64,000 nt of DNA from the human T2T-CHM13v2.0 reference genome, Homo sapiens: NCBI RefSeq assembly GCF_009914755.1, contig NC_060934.1, one strand, 5' to 3'. Of this stretch, positions 1 through 14,585 are shown piece by piece (position 1 is the stretch's first letter; each line of letters begins with the position of its first letter). Both the position numbers and the translations under genes were made by a program. The notes beneath the pieces are model-generated. The model saw nothing but the letters and a program-made list of their open reading frames with translations. It was not told the origin of the DNA and ran no database searches.

Positions 1-945
<945 letters not shown>

Positions 946-997
946 GAAAAAAAAAAAGAAGAGAGCATTGGAAGTAGAGCAGTGGATCTTAACTTAG

Positions 998-1389
<392 letters not shown>

Positions 1390-2252
1390 TGGCATACAAT
1401 TTTTAAAAATAAAATGTAAGCACTCAAACTTTCAAAGTTAATAACATGTGCTTATTGAAAATGAAGAGCACGTGGAAGACAGAACTCAGAAGTCACCTGT
1501 AATCACAAGCAGATTACATGTGACCTTGCTCTTCTAAGTCCTTGTGTGTGTATACACACATAATTGAATGCATATTGTTATGTTGTTGAGATCACACAAT
1601 ATGTATCATATTTTCACACACAATGAATATTTATCAATTTAAAGTCCCAAAGCCAAGAGTATTTTGATAACCAAGAATACACTACACCATTTCAATCAGG
1701 AAAAAAAATGTAATTTTGCCTTTCATGGAGACAAAAATTTCCTGAAAGACAAAAATGGCAACAGTCCTCTGAATAAAGATGTTGGCAGAGTTACAATTAA
1801 AATACTGTGTTCCGTTAATGCTCAATTTAAAATAGGGTATAAAGCAATGGGATATAATCCTTCTAAGAGAATGATCAGAGCTGTCCTAGTGAAATGTTAG
1901 CAAGAAGGTATGTGTCCACTGAGTTATTTAGCAGTGTATTCTTATAGTAACCCCCAAAGAGATACACACGTACATCAATGGTTATCATCAAGATGGAAAT
2001 AGCAATGTGTCTGTATAGTTCCTTCCTCATGCTCCTTCTGCCGCTCTGTTGCTGACCCAATTAATGAGTCCTGGGGTGCACTGCTCAGAGGTGGCTTCAT
2101 AATACCACGTTCAAGAGGCTTCTTTTGTGTTAATTATAATAAAAACATTTACAAATGGGCCAATTCACTAGCTCTACCTTTTATCATACATTGTCATCTC
2201 AAGACATCTGAAAAACCAACGATGTTGTGAAATAAAGAATGAACATGGTCTA

Positions 2253-2582
2253 CCTTTGCAAGGACATGGATGGAGCTAGAAGCCCTTATGCTCAGCAAAC
2301 TAACGCCTGCAGAAAACCAAACACTGCATGTTCTCACTCATAAGTGGGAGCTGAAAAATGAGAACCCGTGGACACAGGGAGGGGAACATCACACACTGGG
2401 GTCTGTCAGGGGAGTGTGGGTGGTGGTGGTGGTAAAGCATTAGGGAAAAGACCTAATGTATGCTGGGTTTAATACCTACGTGACGGGTTGATAGGAGCAG
2501 CAAACCACCATGGCACACGTTTACCTATGTAGCAAACCTGCACATCCTGCACATGTACCCCAGAACTTAAAATAAAAATAGA
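2253..2582 (+). mobile_element. 5'-truncated older L1PA 3' end
   Basis: L1 3'UTR motifs; 19-bp TSD AAAGAATGAAC(A/G)TGGTCTA at 2234-2252 and 2583-2601. Confidence 0.88.
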
Positions 2583-5169
2583 AAAGAATGAACGTGGTCT
2601 ATAATAAACACAAGCACTTACTAAAAACTGCACATTTGGAACTGTGCTGATAACCCCAAATTGTCTTCTAGATATGGAGTTACCAGTAAGGAGCTCCACC
2701 GTGACTCTCCTCCCTGCTCCGTTGCCCCGACGAGGAAGTGTGAAAACGTTTCTGGCTCCATCCAAGAGGTGGGTTGACAGAGGTCGCTCCCAGAAGACAG
2801 TCCTTCCTATAAACTGGCAAAACAAAAATGCCTAAAGTGTGTTAAAAGCAGAGGTAATAAAACAACCCATATTTATAAAGGGGTTGTTTTGCTACCTCTG
2901 CTTTTAACACACTTCGGGCACTTAGGACTTGTTTATTCCTTACTAGACACCAAAATTAATGAAAATACACAGACAGAACCATGGTCAGACAGGCTGAAAT
3001 TGTCTAAACTTCCCTCTGCACCCCTCTCCTCCAAGAGATCAAATTTAACACCACTCTAAAAAGATAATCATACCTGTAAGTTAGCAGAAAAATTGAAAGT
3101 GTATTATTTTACATTATCTACTTTTAACATATATGTGCACTTCTAAATACTTACGCTACATGATTCAGAGATGATGGAAGAAGTTCATCCGCATTAACTG
3201 CACACATGCAACAAAGGCTGTGTCCTGAAAGCATCTTCTACATAGGAACATGCTGGCCTAGAACCCTTCCCCTTCTCACATCTATCAACCCCCTGGGCAA
3301 ATCTACGCATGTGCAATGCTTAGAGGTGATGTTCACGATATCCACAAGTCATTTTTGGAAGACAGTCTTTCCTATGAATTTTAACACAAAACTTACAAAA
3401 TTGCTTACTAACTGGACTTTGGTCAAACGCTGGCAACCTCTGTAACATATAGAAAGAGTAGGTGCTATAAAATTAGGACTTGTTTGCTGATCATATACAC
3501 TACACGCACAGCAAAGTGAGACAAAACGCAGCCCTGTGAGACACTGGTTAATCCGGCCTCACCACAGGGAGCCCATGGGCATTTGCTCCTTTCTGCTCTT
3601 CCCTAGACCAGAACACAAATACAACGTGTCCTGTCCAAAAAGGTGGTTTGGCCATTCCATTGCCCAAAGACAATGTTTCATGTGGATTTTAACAAAAAGA
3701 TATTTGGAAAATATGTCCGTTTACAACATCTACTTTTAATATATACCAACCAGTGCTTCAGAACATCAAGAAAAATTACGTATCTCAAAAAGGAACATGG
3801 TGAGGCCAACTACATCTACATTGGTCAAGAATAGAAAATGCAGGCAGGACAATGGTTGGGAAATGAACATGTCCTCCAAACATGACCAATTGGGCATAGA
3901 ACCCTTCTTCTGAACTGAACCCAAACTCAGCTTCTGCATAAATTCAGGTTGTGCACAGACCTCCTAGAGCTTATTCATGACCCTCTAGACTAGCCTATGG
4001 AGTCTAAGTTAAGAACTCCTCTACTCAGGAATTTTCTGTCTTTTCCCGATTCCACAGTTACTTCCCTGAAGAAGAGAGGGCTTTGTTGAAGTCTTCCCAT
4101 GCTTTCTGCACAGGGCTCTGGCCTTGGAGAAGGGATTTCCAGTTACCGCAGTGTCACTTGGCCCTGGGTCTCCTCCCGGGAGAGAGAAGTGTACGGCTCC
4201 CAAGGTTCCTGGCAGTTTTGAAAGAGCTCTCAGCCACAGCCAGCTTTACTTTGGCAAGTGAGGCCATCCCCTTTCTTTCCTCCTTTCCTTTCCCATGGAA
4301 CCTACTCCTTCCATCTGTCTTTCAAGCTCTGCCTCAGAAATGGCAATTCAAGGCTGATTTTCTCCTTGAATGCACTCTCTCTGTGAAAGAGGCTTTTCAC
4401 CAAGAATGTGGTGCTGGTGTTTCTCTTGCCAATGGGCTAAACAAAGGCCTCCGCACCGGGTAACATTTGGGCAGGCCTCTTCACACATGCCTGTCCTTCT
4501 CCGTCGCACTTGGCTAAAGCCAACAACCTATGTGTGAAAAGTATAAAGAGATGGAAAAATTCCCATGAAAAATCCTTCCGCAAAGCAATTGCGAGACAAC
4601 TATGGCGTCATCTGATAACATGATTTCTATTTTGCATCTGTTCCATTGTTGGAGGGCACTCATAGTTGCAAGCCTTGCATGTACATATGTAAAAATTATA
4701 AGTGAATGTATCTGCTCAGGTTATTAGCCACTGATTGTGAAATAATCTGAAGTTTGAGAGTCTCAGTTAATAACCTATAGGTGCTGAGAGCATTCAAAGA
4801 CCCAATAGCATAAGTATTAATCACCTCTTTTCTCCAGAGTAGCAAATAAGAAACCAGGAAGAGCTCAGTTTCACTTCCAACTTGTTCTTTAAGGGCCTCA
4901 GAGTTGATAGTTGTCCTCATCTGGGCTCCCTAATGCCACGACAAATCAACTAGAAAAGAAATATGCCCCAAATCAGCACCCAAACACGCTGGTGCCAGCC
5001 TGTGTCCATGTTCCTGCAACAGCTGCTGCCCACGGGGTAGGACTGAGCCAGGTCTAAGATTAGCAGTGTCCCAGCTCCTCAGGTTCCTGCACATTGACTC
5101 ACAACGGAATCAAAACTCGGGAGCTCAACTCTCTGGTTTCTTCTGCTTTCTCTTCTGCAATTTTCTTTC

Positions 5170-5647
5170 TTTTTTTTTTTTTTAACTTTATTTTACTGGC
5201 AACCATGAAAGAGATATTTACAGCAAGACTCAGAGCAAGGTCAGAGACCCCTAAACAGGTGGTTTTCCCTTAACTTATCAGGCTGGAGCAGAGTTTAAAC
5301 CAAACTAGAGGAATCCCTCTAGCTCTGGGCACAATGTAATCTCTACATCCTGGCCTTCATCGCATTGGCTGGAAGCTGGTTGGCTTCATCCAAGGGCCTA
5401 CTTCGAGGGGATTCATGCCTCTGCAAGTTTGAGCATCCCTCACTCCTGGCGCTGGCGGTGCCACTCAGCCACGGACTGGAGCATCCACTTGGTCTGGAGC
5501 TTGTACAAATAGTAGCCATAAACCACGACTTTGGTGAGGTCTGAAGACTCCAGAGGCTTCAGCTCGAGCATGGCCTTGCTCACCAGCTCAATGTAAGGGA
5601 TTCCTCCCTCGCCAACCTCCAGAGAGTTAAAGACATCTCTACCACCC
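5170..5647 (-). pseudogene. Probable disabled terminal coding exon of an unidentified gene
   Basis: Protein-like frame [30 protein letters not shown]...[15 protein letters not shown]; pyrimidine tract upstream; AATAAA at 5187-5192 followed by A14. Confidence 0.5.
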
Positions 5648-5799
5648 GGTGGAGAAGAAAGCTGACCACTGGTGTGCTTCCAGAATGCGAGAAGCTCTTG
5701 AAGCCCAACATTCCCTTTCAGTGATATTACTGACATTTTCCCAAAGCTGTGTTCTTCAGAGCTGCACATGGCATTGTTAACAACTATTTCTTAAAAACA

Positions 5800-6275
5800 T
5801 TTCTTTTAGAGACGGGATTTTGCCATGTTGGCAGGTTGGTCTCAAACTTTTGGGCTCAAGAGATCCACCCTCCTCAGCTTCCCAAAGTGCTGGGATTAAC
5901 AGGCCTGAGCACTGCGCAACAACTATTGAAACCCTTGTGAGTTAATTGGATAATTTTGCCTTTTTCTAAACCTTTGAGTTGAGACTCCTTTATCACTCTC
6001 ATTTCCAGCACCTCAGTCTTCCTTTTTCCTTCCCATCACCTAATCTTTTCTTCTTCTTCTTTTTTTTTTTTTTTTGAGACAAGGTCTCGCTCTGTCACCC
6101 AGGCTATAGTGCAATGGTGTGCAATCACTGTTGACGGCAGCCTGGACCCCCTGGGCTCAAGGGATCCTCCCCGTTCAGCCTTCCCAGTAGCTGGGACTAC
6201 AGGCGAGCCCACCACGCCCAGCTAATTTTTGTATTTTTTTGTAGCGATGGGGTTTCATCATGTTGCTCAGGTTGA
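5800..6275 (-). mobile_element. Alu left-arm fragment (5800-5920) and partial AluJ (6047-6275)
   Basis: Alu consensus matches. Confidence 0.8.
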
Positions 6276-6405
6276 ATCACCTAACTTTTTATAGACAGGC
6301 TCCAGAACTTCTCCAGGTTCTGGAACCTACATTTGATTTGAGGGTGAGTGGCCTTTGACTCTTGGGAGAAAGTTAATGATGCAGAAATGCACTTGGGAGA
6401 ATTGA

Positions 6406-6885
<480 letters not shown>

Positions 6886-6903
6886 GAGGTGTTCTTTCTA
6901 TGT

Positions 6904-7169
6904 CAGTGGTTCTCAACCTTGACCGCATGTTAGAGTCGTTAGAGGAGCTTAAAATGTCCAGACTGTGCCCCAGAGCAGAATCCCTCGGGATAGGGTCGAT
7001 GGATTAGGACTTTTTTTAAGCTGATAATTTTATATCTATGTAAGATCTTCTGTTTCCTGAACTTCGTGTGAACAGGTCAGGCGCCTGTTGGACCCCTGGA
7101 GCCTGGTTAATGGGAACGACCACAGTGGGCATCAAATGGGTAAAGGCCAGGGAGGCTGCTATATATATC

Positions 7170-7206
<37 letters not shown>

Positions 7207-7366
7207 GGAGGGGGAGGGGGAGGAGGAGGGAGGGAGGGAGGGAGGGGGAGAGAGAGAGAGAGAGAGAGAGTCTCTGTCACCCAGGGTGGGGTGCAGTGGT
7301 GTGATCATATAAGCTGATAATTTTTAAACAGGTAACTTCAGTACGCCAGCACGGTTGAGAACTATT
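6904..7366. mobile_element. MER5A-like hAT MITE split by a 278-bp insertion
   Basis: Terminal inverted repeats CAGTGGTTCTCAACC / GGTTGAGAACTATTG. Confidence 0.75.
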
Positions 7367-7422
7367 GTTCAACGCGAACTTCACATATGAAGCCCCTCTC
7401 ATGTGTCAGGCACGGCGTCAGA

Positions 7423-7794
7423 TGCTGGTAGGGACTGAATGTTTGTGTCCCCCAAAATTTGTATGTTGAAGTCACACCCTCAGTGTGATGGTATTGGGAG
7501 GTGGGGACTCGGGCAGGTCTGAGGTCGTGAGGATGGAGCCTCATGACAGGGTGAGAGAGAGCCCTTACAAGAAGAGACACAGGAGAGATGATCTCTTTCT
7601 GTCTCCTCTCCGCCATGTGAGGACGGCAAGAAGGTGGCCTTCTGCAAATGGGGATGAGTCCTCACCAGGTGTGGGATCTGCCAGCACCTCGATCTTGGGC
7701 TTCCCAGCCTCAGTACTGTAAGAAGTAAGTGTCTGTTGTTTAAGCCACCCCATGTAATATAATTTTGTTATAGCAGCCTACATTGATTAAGACA
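7423..7794 (+). mobile_element. MLT1A-like LTR
   Basis: GGACTGAATGTTTGTGTCCCCCAAAATT...TTGTTATAGCAGCC...TAAGACA. Confidence 0.8.
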
Positions 7795-7952
7795 GATGCT
7801 AAGAATATGAAGGTGAAGAAATGTCCCAGTACTTCATGGGAACACATCCCAGTGGCTTACAGAATCAAAGATGAAAGAGAGAGGGATACACGTGGTTGCT
7901 GGCTCTTCCCTGCTGCTCAGATGCCTGGATCACTTGACTGCCTTCTCTATCA

Positions 7953-8324
<372 letters not shown>

Positions 8325-8532
8325 TCAATTCTGCAATGCAACAATCACTAACCATTTGTAGAGAATCCTAATGGCTTTTACATTTTCAGTGCCACTGTTC
8401 TCTTGCAAATAATATGATATAACCAATCAATATTTGGAAGGAACTCTGAGATTGCTTTAAAATTATTGCATGTTAATAATTATGAACATTTGGGTAATGC
8501 TTTTTGACTTTACAAAATGTCTTTATATATAA

Positions 8533-8745
8533 GCACTGGTTCTCCACCAGGGGCAACTCCCTCCCCCAGGGGACATTTGGCAATGTTGGGAGACATTTTT
8601 GGTTGTCCCAGCTGGGGAGAGTGTTACTGGCATCTAGTGGGTAGAGGCCAGGGAGGCTGCTAAACATCCGACAATGCACAGGACAGCCTCTGACAACAAA
8701 CTATTATCCCGTCTAAATGTCGATAATGTTGAGGTTGAGAAACTC
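8533..8745. mobile_element. MER20 hAT MITE
   Basis: GGGACATTTGGCAATG...GGCATCTAGTGGGTAGAGGCCAGGG...GTTGAGAAAC. Confidence 0.88.
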
Positions 8746-9584
8746 CCATACGCAAGATCTCTCGGAAATGTTTGCAATTTTTACAGTTATTGCATGTGTT
8801 AGATATTTTCACAATTCTTTTACAAATCAGGATCCCGAGGGTCAAAGATGATGAGTTACTCATTCTAGATTGTAAATGACAAAGCCAGGTGTATCATGCT
8901 GAGCCTATTTACCTGCAGGCTAGCATCATGTAGAACCAGCGTGGTAAGAGTGGGCAAGCAATTTACTGTGCATCTCTGCTTAGAAGTGAAGCAGAAAGTC
9001 ATGTGGAGCCACCTCAGCTGAACAAAATAATTTTCTTGACCTCGTTTGATTCCTTGGTCTTGAACAGATTTTGGGCTTAAGGCATGGAAAGTTTGGTCCT
9101 TGCCCGTGTTATTTGGCTCTTTTCATTTTTGTTGTTATTATGATCAAGACTATTTTGGCTGGTGCAGATGAAGCCAGCGGAGATTAATCTCTGACCTTGT
9201 CCTTGAAAATCCCCTACCAGGAGGCAGACCACTTGAGAGCACAATGCCTCATGAATGCAGCAGCTCCTTGGAAGACAGATGCTCCCTTCCTTGAACTTCA
9301 TGTGGCGAGGTCAGGCGTCTGTTAGATCCCTGGAGCCTGGTTAAGGGAAGCAACCACAGGCATCAAAGCCCAACTGGTCCATGCTGCCTTGGGCTGGGGT
9401 GGAGGGGGATGCTGGCAACTTCATGGAGCACGGCAGTCCCTCTGCACTGCTGTGGGCTCCGGGCAAGCTGGGAATTCCAGTCTGGAATCCAGAAACTCTG
9501 CTTGTGGTCAGACCCAAGAAAAGGCTTATTTCTTTCAATCAGAGCTTTGCCATCTGTACAGAAGGAAGATTTTCTGGTCTCTTT

Positions 9585-10445
9585 GTGTGAGTCAGAGTTT
9601 TCCAGAAAAAGAGAACCAGTAAGAGATTCTACATTGTATTAGTCCGTTTTCATGCTGCTGATAAAGATATACCCAAGACCCGGGAACTTACAGAAGAAAG
9701 AGGCCTAATGGACTCACAGTTCCACATGGCTGGGGAGGTCTCACAATCATGGCGGAAGGTGGAAGGCACATCTCACATGGTGGCAGACAAGAGAAGAGAG
9801 CTTGTGCAGGGAAACTCCCCTTTATAAAACCATCAGATCTTGTGACAGTATGACGATAATCGCATGGGAAAGATTTGCCCCCGTGATTCAATTACCTCCC
9901 ACTGTGTCCCTCCCACAACATGTGGGAATTGTGGGAGCTACAGTTCAAGATGAGATTTGGGTGGGGACACAGCCAAACCATATAATACATATAAAGAGAC
10001 AGAAACAGAAAGAGAGAGAAAGAAATTTTCATCTATATTTGTGTTGTGTGAAAAGATATATCTAGAGAGAGGCTTATTATAAAGAATTGGCTCCTGTGAT
10101 CATGGAGACTGAGAAACCCCAAAATCTGCAATCAGTGAGCTGGAGACTCAGGAGAGCCGATGGTATAATTTCAGTCTGAGTCCATGTCCTAAGGTAGAAG
10201 AAGACAAGTGTCCCAGCTTGAAGACAGGTGAGGGACAACAGATTCTCCTTTACTCAGCCTTTTTGTTCTCTTCAGACCCTCAACTGATTAGATGCGGCCC
10301 ACCCACATTGATTAGATGTTTTACTCAATCCACCAAGTCAAATGTTAATCTCACCCAGAAACACCCCCACAGAGACACCCAGGATAATGTTTGACCAAAT
10401 ATCTGAGCATCTGTGGTCCAATCAAGTTGATACATAAGGTTAACC
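9585..10445 (-). mobile_element. MLT2 (ERVL) LTR interrupted by THE1
   Basis: TATTATAAAGAATTGGCTC...CAAGTTGATACATAAGGTTAAC pattern. Confidence 0.75.
9635..9985 (-). mobile_element. THE1B-like solo LTR nested in MLT2
   Basis: THE1 LTR motifs; TSD TACAT at 9630-9634 and 9986-9990. Confidence 0.88.
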
Positions 10446-10599
10446 CTCCCCCTCTTCTTCCCAGATGTATTTTGAGATGTTTGTGAAGCACCTTGGATAG
10501 GTGCTTACAGGCTCAAGAAGTATCAGAGGACACCATGGTAGTATCCCTTTTTCCATAAAAATGAATCTCTATGTAGTAGCGAATTTTGTATCTATATTT

Positions 10600-10760
10600 G
10601 CACTGTCTGAAATGATAGTTGCTAACCACATGTGGTTATTGGCACTTGAAATGGGACCAGTGCAACTGAGGAACATAATTTTAAAATGTTGTTTAATTTT
10701 AGTTAATGTAAATTGAAATAGCCGCATGTCGCCAGTGGCTACCATATTGGGCAGTTCCGC
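10600..10760. mobile_element. MER3-like hAT MITE
   Basis: CCACATGTGGTTATT..CACTTGAAATG...AGTGGCTACCATATTGG. Confidence 0.75.
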
Positions 10761-11353
10761 TGTAGATGCTCTCTGAGCATCAGTCTGGAGGAGTATCCAA
10801 TAAGACACTTACAGCTGCTGCAGGATACAGGACACAGCACATGAAGAAATCTGTAATATTCACATCTATGGAATATCAGGTCTCAAGTAGGCTCATTTGG
10901 TCTCAGGAGCTCCTATCAGATATACAGCTGACATTCATCATGTACTTGTTACTGAAAGGAAATGTGCTATGCATGTTGTCTTTGTTAATTCATTTATTGG
11001 ACAAATATTTATTGAGAGCATTGTCCGTGCCAGGCAGTGGAATAGGTGCTGGGAATACAGAGGTAAGCCAGGTAGACACAGCCCCTGCCCTGGAACCATT
11101 TGACCAGGAAGAAAAGCGAGCAACCAGCTAAACACCTGGGTCCTAGGTCGCAAGCTTGTTCACATCTTCACTCAACAAATACTGACCAGGTATTGCCCTT
11201 CTCCTGGGACCTAGCAGGGAACAAAACAGAGACTCTGCTCCCATGTCATTTGCATTTACTGGTCAGTTACAAGTCACGTGGTCTACCAGTGGAGTTATCC
11301 AGAATCTTGTTTAAATGTTGATATTTACAGCAACCTTATGAAGTAAGTGTTGG

Positions 11354-11653
<300 letters not shown>

Positions 11654-12423
11654 CATAAGTTTTAGTGCCTTTTTTTCATAGATGCTGAAACTGAAAAAGG
11701 GTGTGGTTAAATAATTTGCCCAAGCCAGTCTCTGGCAAAGATGGGATTCATATCCAGCTACTGATGACCAAACATGGTGAGCAGGTATCCTATGTCCCGA
11801 GGAAGCCCATTCCACCTGAGCACTGGATGGAAGGGATATCGCAATCACCCCCATGCATGATGGACAGGTCTAGGAGCATTGGACACTCAATGGAAACTCA
11901 TGCCCCTGTCAGAAATTGGCAACTGCCACTTCCACGGCACTTGCAAACTTTGCACACGGTCCAGATGTGGCCTGGCTTGTTGCTGTCATGGTAGCAATAG
12001 TAATTACTTAGGGGATTTCTGCAGATCTTGCTCATATTGTGCATAATAGGGTATAAAATATGGAAAATTTGCCTCTAAAATAAAGTGTTGCTGGCAAACT
12101 CAAAGTTTCTGAAGCTGTTTAAATTAAGCTCAGTCCACATGAGAAAATGATGGGAGATTTGAATAAGCAGAGTAGAGTAGATTACAGGAAAATGGAATGA
12201 AGTTCCCAGACAAACAGGAGCTCATTGTAGGGGACAGTACTGATGAGTAGAGGAGATGCTGGGTGATCACCAAACAGCTAAGGAGCCAGGCGGAGGCAGC
12301 CCTGTTGAACCAATCACTCCAAAGAGTGAGACTGAACAACAAGCTGCAATGCCAGAAAAGCGCTCCACATGCTGGCAGAGAGCTCGAGTGAGGATTCAGG
12401 GTCAAGATCCAGTGGAGAAAATA

Positions 12424-12625
12424 CCCCTCCCTCCCTTTTTGCCTCCCTCTCTCCTTTCTTTCTTTCTTTCTTTCTTGCTTGCTTGCTTGCTTTCACTCTT
12501 CTTTCTTTCTTTCTTTCTTTCCTCCTCTCTCCTCTCCTCTCCTCTCCTCTCCTCTCCTCTCCTCTCCTCTCCTCTCCTCTCCTCTCCTCTCCTCTCCTCT
12601 CCTCTCCTCTCCTCTCTCTCTCTCT
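12424..12625 (+). repeat. Polypyrimidine tract with (CTTT)n, (CTTG)n and perfect (CTCTC)n
   Basis: Direct reading; derived from an Alu tail. Confidence 0.95.
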
Positions 12626-13180
12626 CATGGGTTTACTCTGTCACCCAGGCTGGAATGCAGTGGTGCAATCACAGCTCACTGCAGTCTCTACCTCCTGGGC
12701 TCAAGCAATCCTCTTGCTTCAGCCTCCCAAGGAGCTGAGACCACAGGTGCAGCCAGGCTATTTTTTTTTGTTTTTGTATTTTTTGTAAAGATGGGGTTTT
12801 GTCATGTTACCCAGGCTGGTCTTGAACTCCTGGGCTCAAGAGATCCATCCACCTTGGCTTCACAAAGTGTTAGGATTATAGGCCACCACACCCAGCCTTT
12901 TTATCTTTTTCTTTTCTTTTTTTGTTGAGACAGGGTGAAGTGTCTGTTGTTCAGGCTGGAGTGCAGCCTCGACCTCCTGGACTGAGGTGATCCTGACATG
13001 TAAGCCTAGCGAGTAACCAGGACTATAGATACGTGCCACCATGCCTGGCTAATTTTTTTGCAGAGACAAGGTCTCCTTATGTTGGCCAGGCTGGTCTCAA
13101 ACTCCCTTGGCTCAAGTGGTCCCCTGCCTTGGCGTCCCAAAGTGTTGGGATTACAGTCAGGAGTCACTGCACCTGACCTG
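12626..13180 (-). mobile_element. Two tandem AluJ elements
   Basis: About 12626-12897 and 12900-13180. Confidence 0.85.
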
Positions 13181-13469
13181 AAAATATTTCTAATCTTTGA
13201 GTTAATGCCTGTTACTCAGGAAATACAATGTATACATAGAAAATTCTGTATTTGAATTTTGGAAAATTTTGAAAAATTTTATTCTATTTATATGGTTGTG
13301 TTTATTAAAAGGGCCTCCATTTCATATACCTTAACAAAGAAAGGTATATGAGTTCTAACTTCTTAGATTAAATGTCTTTTTAAATTAAAAAAAAAAAGTA
13401 ATTTTCATGGTGTTCTGTTGGGAATAGCACAGTGCTGTGGGTTTGTGAGATAAGGAGCGAGAGTGTTCC

Positions 13470-13765
13470 TGCTGGGTTAGAATCGTTTGCTTCTTCCACA
13501 GGGAAAGAGAATTCTATAATGGACTCTAGTGAGTTGTGACTTACTTTGGCCAATGAAGCCATTTTTTGATGGGTTTTCTCCATCTCCTGTTTCCTTTCTG
13601 TCTCAAGATCAGCAATGCTTCCGATAGAGGCTGCCACTCAGTTCCGGGTGTGGAGCGGAAGCTGAGCTGGCCTGCCATGCACACCAATGTGAACTGTTTA
13701 TTGTTGTGGGTCATGTGATTTTGAGGTTGTTTCTTACTGTGGTATGGCCCAGCCTGTCCTGACTC
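13470..13765 (+). mobile_element. Old MLT1 LTR fragment
   Basis: MLT1-type 3' end TTTTGAGGTTGTTTCTTACTG...CCTGACT. Confidence 0.5.
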
Positions 13766-13954
13766 TTATAGCAATGGATATTTTCCCTACACTGCAATCT
13801 CAGCCCTCAGGGATGCGTCCCCGCCTTGAGAAATAAGATTCATTCAGAGGATGTGGTTGTTTTCTTTCTCACCGAGGATGCAGGGAAGAAGGAAATGGGC
13901 TTTGCAAGAATTTTAGTGAAGATAAAGCCAGCTCATTATCCATGAAAAATACAC

Positions 13955-14585
13955 AGAGCACAGGGTTTGAAGTCAGATAGTCCTGAGTTTAAATCAGAGC
14001 TACTACTTATGTGCCGTGTAGCCTTAAGGGAATTATTCAATCTTTCTAAAAATCAAATTTTCTTTCTATAAACCTGGGATAAAAACACTTATATTTACAG
14101 CGTTTAATTGCATACTGATTAAATTATATATATGAAGATATATACATATATGTATCGCCCTTAGCAGAGTATAACAGACCAACATATGGGTTTACAAGAT
14201 GTATGTATTCATATATATAATTTATATATATGAATTCATATATAAATTATATATATGAATACATATTAATATATATAAATTATATACATGAATACATATT
14301 AATATATATGTATATGCCATATATAAACCCATAGTGTTGGTCTGTTATACTCTGCTAAGGGCTATATATATATATCTTCCTATATATGTATATACATACA
14401 TATTCATGTATTCCTATATATGAAGCCCTATATATGTATATATTCATATATATAAACGATATATATGAATAATATGATGTGAATATACATGGAGCAATTA
14501 TATATATATATGAATCCCTTAGCATAGTGTAAGAGCCTAACACTGCAGGTTTAAGAGATGTAGCAGCTCAGTAAATGGTAGTTCT
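13955..14585 (+). mobile_element. MIR interrupted by an AT-rich repeat expansion
   Basis: TTTGAAGTCAGATAGTCCTGAGTTTAAATC core; tail GCTCAGTAAATGGTAGTT. Confidence 0.6.
14120..14512. repeat. (TA)-rich low-complexity repeat containing an inverted repeat
   Basis: Direct reading. Confidence 0.9.
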
